Source: Callorhinchus milii (Eukaryota). Taken from it: a stretch of DNA of 64,000 nucleotides. The notes beneath the pieces were generated by a model that worked only from the letters and a program-made list of their open reading frames with translations, was not told the origin of the DNA and made no database searches. Shown piece by piece: positions 39,856-51,973 of the stretch. The DNA is taken from NCBI RefSeq assembly GCF_018977255.1, contig NW_024704742.1, positions 40,426,001 through 40,490,000 of the forward strand, given 5' to 3'. The first letter of the stretch is position 1; each line of letters opens with the position of its first letter. The position numbers were made by a program, and so were the translations under genes.

Positions 39856-42548
39856 AGGTTTTTGAAAAAACAGCCCTGTAGTGAATGACACAATTTTGTC
39901 TGGCGGAATGATGGCTGAGACTCTAGGAGAAATTTGAGTTTTACTTATTTTAAACTTAGCTTTTAAATTGTAGCAGTTAATAATAATAATAATCATTACA
40001 TTCAATATAACGCCTTATCACGTCTTCGAGATGTCTCAAAACGCTTCACAGAATATACTGTAAAGTGTAGTGACTGTGGTTTTGTGGGCGAAACGCACAG
40101 CCAATTGCGTACACATGCTGATGATGGACCTGAAACATTGCGGATTTCATACTTTTGTAGAAACCAACAGAATAAAAAGTGCAAAAAGACCTTCAAAACA
40201 ATTGTAGAGAACATGGCTCAATGACAGCAGCCCAAACACAAAATTTCAGGGGGAGTGGTAAGCAGCCAAGTGTCTGAACCATCATTATTCAAACCAGTCT
40301 TAGAGTTCCACATATGTCTACCGCCCACACAGGGAAATTTATTTGTGTCTGCAATGCAAGAGATATTCTCTTACTGAAAGGATACAGCCTGAGAGTATTA
40401 GGTGCAGGTTGGCAAGATCCAAAGCTTGGGTACCCCACAGTGTGTGTTTGGGTATTGTTGGAGTTTAACCAGCTATAACAGCATAACTTGCCATCGAAAG
40501 CACTGTCTAGTAAGCTTCCGCTGCTTGTCCAGGTTGATTTTCAGGTAGAAAGTCTGACAAGTCATGGCCCAATAACATTTTTGTGGGGGAGGTCATCAAC
40601 CTCCACTCACATTTGGACAAAGTGAGATGCACGGTATCTGGGAGAGACAGTATCAACATTATAAATGTACATTTCCAAACTTCACATGGATTTACACTGG
40701 GAGGAAGTTAACCAGCAGTGAAATCGTTTTTAAATGTTTTCCAATAATTTGCGTCTGTGTTTCTCACTTCCTTAGAATAATACTGACTGTATCACAAAGA
40801 TAGTTACATAACTTGTGTTGAAAATATTTAATGCTAGTCATGATTCATTTAGCATGTGCTTTGCATACAAATAAACTGAATGACCTAAATAACATAACTT
40901 GCAAAGTAGAGGTAGAACATCTTCTGTATTTAGTAACTATTATTAATTCTACAATTTGATACCTGTACTTGGAAATGCTAAATTTATATATGGTAAATAT
41001 TTTTAATGCAGGTAACTCTATTATAATGTACAATTCTGTCAATATTGCCATCCAGAACAATATTTCTGCCATTCTCTCTCCCTCGGTGGACTATAAAAAT
41101 TTGAAGCCTATAAAGTAGGACTCTTTCAGATAATATTTAAAGAAAGTATTCTTAAATATTAAGCCATTCTATAAAGCTTTAATCAGATCTCTTACTTAAT
41201 GGTGAGACTTAGTGAGATTTAGATAAACCTATAGATTTAATGTTTGATGGCATAGCATCCAGGCACATTTGAAAAATCTGAGAAGCAGCTGACATACACA
41301 ATTTGAAATATTACATGTAATCTTCATTATATGTAAGACATTAAGACATAAACAAATAATACATTTAGTTTTAACAATATATCCCCAAACATTGTACAAT
41401 ATAAACAGGAAATCGATTGGGAAACTGCAGTCATTGTAGATAGTGTATCCATTTGTGAAGTGGGGGAAGGTGCTTGACGTAATCCTATATGTGCAATCCA
41501 AGCAACCTGGTTTATTGTTTTGAAGGGCACCACTTATTTTGTCTGTGTGAAAGACAGACACTCTATGCTCCATCAGGGAAATAAAAAAGGACATTCAGTT
41601 CCTTAGCATTTTTTTAAAAAAGGCAGGGTCTTACTTTGTCTCCTAAAGAGTTTAAGGAAGGATTGCTGTCCTATCTCTTCCTTTCTTAGCTAATAAGAAT
41701 CCAATGTTGAAGGCCGGGAGCAGGCAATCCAGCCTTTGTTCCTACAGTTGCCCTGAGACCATTCATCAGCAGTTTGGGAAACTGATGAAGGCAACGTGAC
41801 TCTGAGGGATGGATCCCAAAGGAGCCATCATCCTTCCCAATAAACCAAGTGTGTGTGTGTGCATGAAAGAGAAGGAGAGATGGGAGAGGGAGAGGGGAAA
41901 GCATATTATTTGTTTTCATCAACTGAGAAGGAAACAATCATCATCATTTGGGAACTGGAAACTGATGCTGGAATTCTCTCCGTACATAGTATGATTTTAA
42001 AACTATTTTTAAAAACCCAGCTATATTCAACACTTTATTAACCACATATCTTTGCAAACTAAACAAATATGCTGTACAAATTATATTAAAAATTAATTGA
42101 ATTACCACCAAATTGACCAACACGTAACCCTCAAGAATTTAGCAGAATTTTTTTTCTCAATTTTTCATCTTCTGGCAGCACATTGTTAAAAAAAAGTCAA
42201 TTGTTTTAATCGTTCAAAATGATTTGTAGCAGATTGCTGATCATTGCAAAAATCAACCAACCTCGATGTTTATTGATTTTTTTATCAACTCCAGGCAAAC
42301 TAAAAATAAGTTAACTGCCCTCATGCAATCCCTATATCTCTCTGTGTTAGCAAATATTATAAAATGATTCTGTTATGTCTCTGGCCTGGAACATGTTCTC
42401 CTCTTTCAGGCTATCTTTGTTCTTGCAGGCTTGACTTTTTCATTATGTTTTATATTTTACTGCTTCGTGGGGGTTGCTTTAATCCTTAATACTCTTCTTC
42501 TCTGGCATAATGCAAAGAACACTATATTGATAAGAACCCACAGTGCTT

Positions 42549-42790
42549 TAATAATAATAATAATAATAATAATAATCATCCTTGCATTTAATATAGCACT
42601 TTTCACATCTTCTAGACGTCTCAAAGCGCTTCACAGAATGGACTGTAAAGTGAATTGATTGTATATTTGAGGGCAAAATGCGGCAGCCAATTGCTAACAG
42701 CAGTGACCCACAAACAGTCCTGATTTTGAAGTGACCAATTTATTATTGTTTTCTTGAGGGATTAGTATCAGGCGTGTGGAGTAAGGAAAC
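42549..42790 (-). mobile_element. tRNA-SINE, head missing, with (AAT)n tail
   Basis: Reverse complement of the 6186 family. Confidence 0.85.
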
Positions 42791-45779
42791 AGGTGGGGAA
42801 GTAGCATCAATGTGATGGATATATTTACGAGTGTCAAACAGATAAAAGCAATTTATTTGTTAAGGGCTTCTAAGAGAGCAAACAACCATTTGCTAATGTA
42901 GGAGAAAACTTCCCACCAAGTTTCCAGTTGTTAATTTCTTGATTTCTCAAGGATACTCAGCTACTTCAGGGATTCACACACAAAATACACAGTCAATTCA
43001 ATTTACAGTATATTCTGTGAGACGTCTCAATGACGTGATAAGGCGTTATATCAAATACAAGGATTATTATTATTACTTCATTAACCTATTGATGCCCTCT
43101 GTCTTCCTGGTTATTCATAACTATTACTGATCTAGGTAAAGGATAGCAGCAAGGCAAATGATATGTTTCTTGAGCTTGATATGTATCCAGAGTTGAACTG
43201 AGAAGAGTCGTTGAAGAAGCAATGTCAAATGACAGCAATCCTTTTCCTGGTAACTTCCAGCTCTTCCACTGGTTGATCCTTGTGTTTCTTACAAAGCTGG
43301 AATCTTGCCAGTAACAATTGCCTCAGTAAGCAGTCACTGACCATCATGCAGATTCTACGAAATAGAATCCATCTGAAATCTAATCCTGCATTTCTACCTC
43401 AGATGCCTTCTTTGCATTTCAAACTATCTATCATCCTATCATGTGAATATCTGTATCTTGCAGGGAAGGTGAGCCAAAATATCAAATTTCCATATACCAG
43501 TTCTCTTGTTGGATAGTAGAATAAATCACAGCCTTTCAATCATTAAAATATCAACCCTGTCCTACCTAAATAAAATTGCACTCAGCAGAGAAGTGGCCTT
43601 GTTCGTTATAGTTGCCATTCCATTTTCGCATCAGTCTATAGGAAACTTGTGTTATAAAAATATAATAATAATCCTTTCACGTTGGAAGAATGTCTCAAAG
43701 TGCTTCACACACCCCTGACATACGTAAACATGAGCAGGACATAGTGAAGCACATAGATTATTCATGATGAAAGAGTCATTAATTAGTAAATACTAATCCT
43801 TACATTTGATATAGCCTTTCACAGAAGCATGTCTCAAAAAGCTTCAAATATTTCCTGTAAAGTGTAATGACTATGTACTTTGTAGGCTTCCAATGGCAGC
43901 TAATTTCACAGAGCAACCAACCATAAAATAATTGACCAATTTTATCTGGGAATTGTTGGCCAGGTTACTGGGAGAAATTCCCTTTTCCTTTGAATAGTGC
44001 TATGGATTCTTTAACATCCACCTGAATGGCTTCCAAATTTATGATTGCATTTAAAATTGTCTCATCATTTTTGTTGAGAGAAAGTGATCTTATAGACTAA
44101 GACAAACCTCAGGAGAGTTCATCTGGTGAATGGTTACTGGGTAGGTGTAGAGTATACCTGTTGTGACTATACAGTAGTCAGTTTATAAGTTAGGCTATTA
44201 AATTTCAAATTACTTGACAGTGGATGATGAAGTGTACATGAGAGTAGGGGTGAAGCAAGAGGGACGAAAAACTGTCAGAATCAATTCCAGCCTGATCTAA
44301 GAACAACACTTTTGGTTGTGAGTAAAGTGTAGGCATTGAAGACAGCAATAGAGTTGATAAATTGCCTTTTGTCACTTATCTGACTTGCAATATAACACTA
44401 AAACTCACCTTTTGTTTCATTTTTAGTGGGTATTTACCCTTGAAATAGACGAATTGTACGTTCCAGATTTTCCTGTTGCTCTAAAATCCTGCTTAGATTC
44501 TGACCAATTGGAGCTGTTTCTGGACCTCCACCGATTCTGCCTAAGCCCATACACTAGAACGCAAGTGATAGCAGCTCAGCGATAATAATCCTTGCATTTG
44601 ATACAGCGCCTTATCACGTTAGTGAAATGTTTCAAAGCACTTCATAAAATATACTGTAAAGTGAATTGACTATATTTTGTGAGCGAAACACTGAAGGCAA
44701 TTGCGCACGGCAGTGTCCCACAAACTGTCGTGATTGAGTGACCAAACTATTCTTTTTTTAAGGGATTGTTACCCTGGAAAAACGATCCACCAATCGCCAG
44801 AAAAAAACGGGTTTCTACTTACTGCTAGGTAAACAGAGGTGTGTGCAGTAAGGAAACTTGTCTAACATTTCGCCCTGCCTGGGGATCAAACCCAGGTCCT
44901 CTCATTTGTGAACCCAAGTCCTGTGAAACACTTTGAGATGTCTCGACGATATGATAAGGCGCTATATCAAATGAAAGGATTATGATTGCTCTATCCCGCT
45001 ATGTATAAAACCCAGCTTTCTTTATAGCCTTTACAACTTGTGATGTCACTCTCAATAATAATAATAATCCTTGTATTTGATATAATGCCTTTTCATGTCA
45101 TCAAATGACTTATGTACCTGCACTCCTTTTATATCCCTTTGCTTTTCAACTCTTCAACTGCAAAACTAAGCCATCTAATACACCCTCCCTTTCCTCAGTC
45201 TTCTACCAAAATGAATCACCTCAAATTAAACTTCATTTGCCTTGGTTCTGAAGGCAACTAAGGTGTTGTAGCCTTCTTCCATTAAAATGTAACACTTATA
45301 TTTCATCAATGTATGGGCAGCAAACTCCTCTGCTTTTTACAATTGTGTTTTTTTTTAAATATGGTAAGTTTATTTATGAAATGTGTCATAAGCATCACAA
45401 GACTGACTGAATACTACTTATTTGAATAATTGTGTGCTAAACAAATACATCCTTCCCATTTATTTTATATAAATCAATGTAGAAGGTTTTATCACACCAT
45501 TGATTTTTGTTGGAACTCTGTAATGATTCACTGCATTTTGGACACTAAGGTAAACATAATAGAGGAGCTGTCAAGATGGAGGAAATGTTAGACGTGAGAT
45601 TTATAATCAAAAAGACTGAGATAGATGATAAACCCATTTTAAGCACATGGAACAGTGTTTTGTTTTCAGTGCAACCTAGGACCATGGGGTATTGGTTGGT
45701 AATTCTTTGAAACATTCAGTGGTGTGAGGCAGCAGACAGGACAACAAAGTTTGTTGATAGGATTCTGCCAAGCAATGGT

Positions 45780-46190
45780 ACAATAACAACTTGAATTTGT
45801 ACAGCACCCCTCATGCAGGGTAGCGTCCCAAATCGCTTGACAGTGGCGGAGCACAAGGCCGAGCTGCAGAGAGGTTATTGTAAGCACTGTCGAAAAAGAA
45901 GGTCTTCAGGTGTGACCTGAAAATGGGGAAGGAGAAGGCAAGGTGGAAGGATAGAGGAAAAGTGTTTCAGAGTTTCGGGGTTTAGTGGCTGAAAGCGCGG
46001 CCACCGATGGTGGAACAGAGGGCATGAGGGACAAGCAGGAGACCGGAGCCAGTTGAACAGAGGCAGCTGATAGTAGATTGGGAAGTAAGCAGGTCGGTGA
46101 GGTAGAGCGGATGAAGGGATTTGAAAATGAGTATCAGGATCTTGAAATTGATCCATTCTGTGTTAGGGAGCCAGTGGAGCCTGGCTAGAA
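45780..46190 (-). mobile_element. Degraded L2 3' fragment
   Basis: Reverse-strand LHWLP...FKIL-type and RAFS...LW-type ORF2 remnants. Confidence 0.7.
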
Positions 46191-46249
46191 CTCATGTACC
46201 TGGTCATCAACGATCTCGTCCTTGATGAGAGCGTTGAAAAAAAAAAAAA

Positions 46250-46464
46250 TTCTCTTTGACCGTGCCTTCAGCTCCCCTCTCGACTCTCAACCCCCTCCTC
46301 GCTCCTTCCCTCCCCTCACCCTGACCATTTCCCCCCTCCTTGCTCCCTCCCTTCCCTCACCCTGACCATTTCCCCCCTGCTCGGGTCCTGACCCACCTGT
46401 ACAGCGCCTTGGGACGTCCTCCCGACGTGAAAGGCGCTCTATAAATGGAATCTTGTTGTTGTTG
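46250..46464 (+). mobile_element. Young L2 3' tail with an internal ~40-nt tandem duplication
   Basis: Near-identical to the tail of the 12350-13035 copy; CCCTCACCCTGACCATTTCCCCCCT occurs twice. Confidence 0.85.
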
Positions 46465-47952
46465 TACGGAGTTTAGAAACTAGAGAACTGCAACTAGGAA
46501 AGGGCAGGTAAATGGGAGGAAATGATTGCTCTTAAAAGAGCCAACACAGACACAATGGTTGAAATATCCTTCTTCTGTGTCGTAAAATTGTATGGTTCTG
46601 CACTTAAAAGTATTAATTTCAGTCCAGGGGATAAACTATGAGGATATATCACAGAAGTTGGGAATATTCACATTGGAAAAGAGACAATTGAAAGATGATT
46701 TGATTTGTTTCCAAATCCTAAAGGATACAGTCAATGTTTTATCCAATATGGTCAAGAGATTCTCAAGAGATCATAGTTCAAACTCAGACCAGGGTGAGGC
46801 AATGATTTGATTAATTACGTTAGGCAGAAAGTAGTTATCGTGGAAGTGTTTGACCGGGGAGTTTGGAGATGTCTTGTCCCTCTGGAAGAGGGATGCAAAG
46901 TAAAGGGAACATAATCTTAGAACTGAACTGGTCAGAAGTGAATTCATAAAACATTTGTGAAAATGTGAAATTTACTACTTCCAAAGGGCTTAGAGGCTGG
47001 GAGATAAATAGAAAGTAAGCTCATTAAATGGTTTGGAAAATAGGTGGGGAAATGGGATTAAAAGATTTGCTATGATCTAATCAACTGGTAAAACAGGTTC
47101 GATAAGCTGAATAATCTCATCCTTCTCTTATATTTTTTTGACGTCTTATAGTTCTGGGATGTCTTTCCGATGTGAAGCACGCTATACAAGTGTAATTTGT
47201 TGTTGTTATTGTTGCCAGAAAAGAGAATTGGGGATATGTGAAACAAGGAATAATGGTACAGTATTTGAAAATGGTACCAGGCAATTGGATTGTAGTGGTG
47301 TTTTTCAGTTATATACATTCCTACGTTTCTATGAAAACAGGTTATGTTTTAATTCTCCACTCTTCCCCTCCGCCCTCAAAAAAAAGGAATACAGTAGAAT
47401 GTCCACACACCAAATATTTGCATGTCTATTTATCTGTATCAAATTCCGCAATGGAAATGGACACGGGCTAAGATACCAGCAAAAAATCCTGTTGGGTGCA
47501 TATGAGTGCATCTGAGCAAATGTAAAGATTGATCTGAAGGACATTCTTAGCAGTTTTGTACATGTGCAGAACAGGATTTTTTCTTGATAGTGTGAAAGCC
47601 TGACTCACAAGGTGTGTTTCACTGAACTTTTATACACTACGAAGTTGAGGGTCAGAAAAGGCAGAGTTGGAGAGGGAGAAGCACCTTTTGCTACTACAAG
47701 TAACTGTATAACTCCTGATGGAACTGCCTTTTAGGTAGCAATGGAGCCAATTTCTACTTTGTATGATGTTCAATTATTCTCACTGTTTGCTTATCGTCAA
47801 CTGGGCAAACCCCAATTAGTACGGATAATCAGCTCCTTACTGTACTCGACAGGTGTGACAACGCAAGAAATTGCCGCCGCAAAATAGCTGTTTCCTGATT
47901 TCCTGGGTTAACTTGTTTGCTGATTGCCCGATATAAACAAATAGCCTCATGT

Positions 47953-48280
47953 GGAGTCCTGTAGCTCAGTGGTTCGAGCACTCACTTTGCAAGCGAGAGA
48001 CCTGGGATCGATTCCAGGCAGAGGGCGAAACCTTGGGCAAGTTTCCTGACTCCACACGCCTGATAATAATCCCTCAAGAAAACAGAACAATAATAAATCG
48101 GTCACTTCAATCCACGACTGTTTGTGGGACACTGCTGTGCGCAATTGGCTGCCGCGTTTCGCCCACAAATATGCAGTCAATTCACTTTACAGCGTATTCT
48201 GTGAAGCGCTTTGAGACGTCGAGAAGACGTGAAAAGGCGCTATATCAAATGCAAGGATTATTATTACGTTATTATTATTT
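47953..48280 (+). mobile_element. Full-length tRNA-Ala(TGC)-derived SINE just upstream of the CPEB2 promoter
   Basis: A-box TAGCTCAGTGG, anticodon loop TTTGCAA, B-box-like GATCGATTCC, stem-loop and ATT tail. Confidence 0.9.
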
Positions 48281-48439
48281 TTTGGACCATTGACCAGGAA
48301 GCGGCTTGTGTGCCTTGCCCATTGCTCGCTCCTCCAGCTAGTCCCTGCTCCCTCACTTATCCCCTCCCGCTCCTATAGCCTCCCCCACTGGTACCCCCAC
48401 TCCACCCTCACCTCCACACTGTCAGCCCATCTCATAGCC

Positions 48440-48760
48440 CACCTTCACTCCTAACCCCGGCCCCGCCCACTCCACTCCTAGTCCCGCCCACTCATCTTCT
48501 AGCCCCGCCCCCCGAGACTCATCACCAAGCCCCGCCCACCCAACACCTCTCACAGGCCCCGCCCACTTCTCCTCGCCCTACCCCTCCCCTCACTCCTTTC
48601 CTAACCCCGCCCACTCTTGCGCCTAGCCCCGCCCAGTTCGCTCTAGCCCCGCCCCCGCCCCCCTTCGGCGAGCAGGCGGTTGAGAACGGTTTTTGAACCG
48701 TGTTCCCGGCGGCGCGCGGTGAGTGCGCGTCAATGCAAATGAGGTGGCGGTGCGCCTGGC
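48440..48760 (+). promoter_or_regulatory. CPEB2 promoter: GC-box (Sp/KLF) array plus octamer motif at the 5' edge of a CpG island
   Basis: About 8 CCCGCCC motifs between 48460 and 48665, and ATGCAAAT at 48733-48740. There is a sharp switch from AT-rich to GC/CpG-rich sequence and no evident TATA box. Confidence 0.75.
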
Positions 48761-49286
48761 GCGTGTACCTGAGGGGGAAGGGGTGGGGGTTGGGGGGCGC
48801 CCCCCCCCCCAGGGCAGAGAGGTGGGGGGGGGGGGGAAGGGAAGCCTGGAAACAGCGCAGTGTGGGAAGAGGCGAGGGTCGGGTCGGTCAGTGATACCGA
48901 GACGGGGGGGAAGAGGTGGCGATCGCTGGGGGGGGGGAATCAATCAATCAATCGGTGACTGGAAAGTGGGGGGGGAAGAGTGCGGGGAACCCCCCCACTC
49001 CCCTCCCAAGTAACTCCCATCTGATGAGGAGCAATAAAGCGCAAAACACACCCAATATATATTTTATTGTTATTGTTATATCCCAAAAAAAAAGCCTTAC
49101 GTTTCCCCCCTCCAACCGCCCCCTTTCATATTTTTTTTTAAAAAAAATAACCGTTTTTTGAAACCCAACTCCACCGGAGACGAAAAAAAACAATAGGGTC
49201 GGTGCGCTTTTTTTTCCTCTCTAATGTAATGTGGTCAGTAGGTGTGTGTGTGTGTGTATGTGGGTGGAGTGGGGGGTGACCTTAAA

Positions 49287-49349
49287 ATGGGGGATAACCG
49301 GTTCGGTTTATTACAGACGACGGCGGCCGGTGTGAGGAGGAGGAGGTAG
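49287..49349 (+). other. Short upstream ORF MGDNRFGLLQTTAAGVRRRR*, resembling the ancestral CPEB2/4 N-terminus
   Basis: AAAATGG is a strong Kozak context. The peptide resembles recalled CPEB4 MGDYGFGVLVQ and CPEB2 MRDFGFGVLQT. TAG at 49347-49349. Confidence 0.65.
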
Positions 49350-50106
49350 AGGTGGTAACGGAGTGTTACCCCCACCGGTCAGATATGAGAGCTCGGTGTT
49401 AGCGGCTTCTCCTCCCTCCCTCCCTCCTCCTCCTGCTGCTGCTGCTCGTCTTCTTCACACGGCGATGGCACCGCCTCTTCCCCCGCCTCTTTGTTTTTCC
49501 CAGTGCCCCCGGTTGGGTACGACACTGCTGTAACAGGATGAGCACTTTTTAATGCCGGACAGCGCGGCTCCGACAAGCACTCCCACCATCACCAGAGCAG
49601 CAGCAACGACAGCAGCAGCAGCAGCCGCCGCCCTCCTCCTCCTCCTCCTCAGCTCCGCCGCCGCCGCCGCCGCCAGCAGCAGCAGCAACAACAACAACAA
49701 CAAGAGCAACTCGGCACCGGCAGCCTCTCCGCACCGAGCTCTTCGCTCACTCAAATCGGGGCACAGGGACGGTAACAACAACAACAACAACAACAAGAAA
49801 AAGAAGGACGAGAACGGCTGAGACCCCCCACCCCAGAGCTGTTGGGAGAACGTGAGCAAACGCAACCACCACCTCCACCCTCCTCCTCCTCCCCCTCCTG
49901 CTCTCCTCCACCCTCCTCCTCACCAACAGCAGGACCTCCGCCTCCACCCCGCCACCGCCGGAGAGCAGCAGCACTGCTACCGGGAGGAGGAGGAGAAGAG
50001 GGGAGGAGGAGGAGGAGGAGAAAAGGACACGGAGACCTCCTCGCTCGATGCCAATGTCTGCGCCGCCGCTGCTGTGAACCCACCGAGCCGCAGCCCAGTG
50101 CAGAGG

Positions 50107-50769
50107 ATGATGGAGACTCCCGGTAACATGAGCGGCATCGGCGGAACCGGCTGCTCGGCGGCCAGTGGCGGCGGCATCGGGATGTTACCGGGGCTCGGAG
50201 CCGGCGGCTTTCAACAGCAACAGCAGCTCCACCATCACCAGGACACCGGCCCCGGAGGGGGAGGCAGCAGCGGAGGCAGCAGCAGCAGCAGCGGCTCCTC
50301 TCCATCCCCGGTCGCCGCTCTGACCGGCTACGGCACTGCCTGGTCACCGGCCACCGGCGCTCAGACCAGCACTTCACCGGGATCGGGAGCTGGAGGGAAC
50401 AACCCGGGACCTTCCGTCGGAACCGGTGCCATCCCGAGCCCCGCCGCCGCCGCAGCCGCAGCCGCCGCCGCCGCCGCCGAAGACAGCTTCTTCCACGGGC
50501 TCCAGTCCATTAACGGCACAGTCCTCTTCCAGAATTTCGCCGCCAATGCGGCCGGTGTGAGCCCGGGCTTCGGCGGCACCTTCTCTCCTCAGATCAGTTT
50601 ACCTCAGCAGCAGCAGCAGCAGCAGCAGCAGAACCGTCGATCTCCTGTCGGCCTCCAACACCATCACCACCACCACCCCCAGCACCACCATCCCCATCCC
50701 CAACACCAACACCAACACCAACACCAGGCCGCTTTCCCTCACCAGAGGAACACCTACAACCATCATCAG
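50107..50769 (+). CDS. CPEB2: CPEB2 first coding exon (low-complexity N-terminal region); start codon uncertain
   Basis: The frame is open from 49822 and its first ATG is at 50107 (MMETPG, cf. human CPEB2 MESPN). It encodes EDSFFHGLQSINGTVLFQNF...VSPGFGGTFSPQI and RRSP...QRNTYNHHQ, motifs of the CPEB2/3/4 N-terminus. It ends at a phase-0 donor CAG|GTACAG at 50769/50770. Confidence 0.85.
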
Positions 50770-51165
50770 GTACAGCCTTCAGTTTGGCCCGTGTCGCCGC
50801 CTCCTGCACACACCGCGCTCCACCGTCCGCTTTATTTTCCATACATTCCTCTTTTATTCCCCCCTCTCTCCCTCCCTCCCTCTCCCTCCCTCCCCTCCTC
50901 TCCTCTCCCTCCGCTTCCCCCTTCTCTCTTTTTTTTCTTGAAACCGAATTCCCTTTGTTCCGGCTCTTAGGTATGTCATAACCCCGAGTAAATGTTAGGT
51001 GTCCATTGGCAGTGGTTATTTAAGTGGAGGGGATGGATACCGCGCGGTGTGTGTGTGTGTGTTTGGGTGTGTGTTTGGGTGTGTTCCTGGTCGCTCGGGT
51101 CGATCCTGTCCTGTTGTGCGGACACGGATTTGGGAGAGTCGTGTCCGCTCTCTTTCCGTGGACTG

Positions 51166-51227
51166 GATAGACAGACGTTGCTGAAGATAGACAGACGTTG
51201 CTGAAGATAGACAGACGTTGCTGAAGA
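51166..51227 (+). repeat. Perfect 20-nt tandem repeat x3 (GATAGACAGACGTTGCTGAA)
   Basis: Directly visible in CPEB2 intron 1. Confidence 0.95.
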
Positions 51228-51973
51228 CCGAAAGGGTTGTTTTGTTTGTTTATTGATTTTATTTAATTTTATTTTATTTTATTTTATTTTATTTTTTTTG
51301 CCTCGGTAACAAGTCGGGCTTCCGAGTTGTCAGCAGTCACCGATGTTCGCTAAAATCCTTTGCTGAATCATTTGCAGTTCTGACAACGACCGTCGATGTT
51401 AACTATTTAATGTTCGGCATTTTGACCCTTTCCCGCAGCAAACGTACATTTTTTTTTGAGGTGGGGGTGTGGGGGGGGGGGGGGGGGGTAGGGGGTTAAA
51501 GTCGATGTTTATTCCGATTTGCGATTATTATTATTATTATTATTATTATTATTTTTGCGTTTCTTTTAATCATTCCCCCCGCGGAGCATTCATTTTACCT
51601 GCAGTGCAGTGTGTGTGCAGCCGAGTATTTTATTTTTTTTTCGGTTTCGAAATAAATGTCAATGAGATCCTGAAGATCGCGGGGATGTTAAAACAGTCGC
51701 TGATCACTTACAGGAGGGAATCTCAGTACCCGTCTCTCTCCTCCGCACCCACTCGTATATCCATCAGCCACTGCTCGGTTATGTCAGGAGGGATCGTCGA
51801 TTCTTGACCACAGTAGTGCACACACATAAACATGTATATGTAGCCCATAAAATGTCCCCCCAATAATTTTAAGTTACATCGAGGTACAGTGTGCAGTTCT
51901 GATATTGTAGCTGCACTTGGATATACCCGATGCAGAAGGGCAATGCTGATTGAAAATTGTGGAGGTTTGCACC

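Larger units (their letters stand above)
48450..51200. other. CpG island spanning the promoter and exon 1 of CPEB2
   Basis: Visibly high GC and CpG density compared with the CpG-depleted flanks. Confidence 0.8.

Noticed and set aside
40118..40145. CTGATGATGGACCTGAAACATTG resembling a Penelope-type minimal hammerhead
   Set aside because: Stem II is marginal and I found no stem I or cleavage triplet in register.
613..47900. Many 60-150 aa ORFs in the intergenic region
   Set aside because: They are either SINE/LINE-derived or lack any recognisable domain or exon structure.
49021..49050. CTGATGA in the 5' leader as a hammerhead core
   Set aside because: It is followed by an imperfect stem and AAAA rather than GAAA, with no stem I or III partner.
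49455..50842. Antisense ORFs overlapping exon 1
   Set aside because: They are by-products of GC-rich trinucleotide repeats with no recognisable homology.
50770..50970. ORF continuation past HHQ
   Set aside because: Homology stops at the GT donor, and the remainder is a pyrimidine-rich intron start.
51166..51227. CRISPR-like array
   Set aside because: It is a eukaryotic tandem repeat with no spacers.
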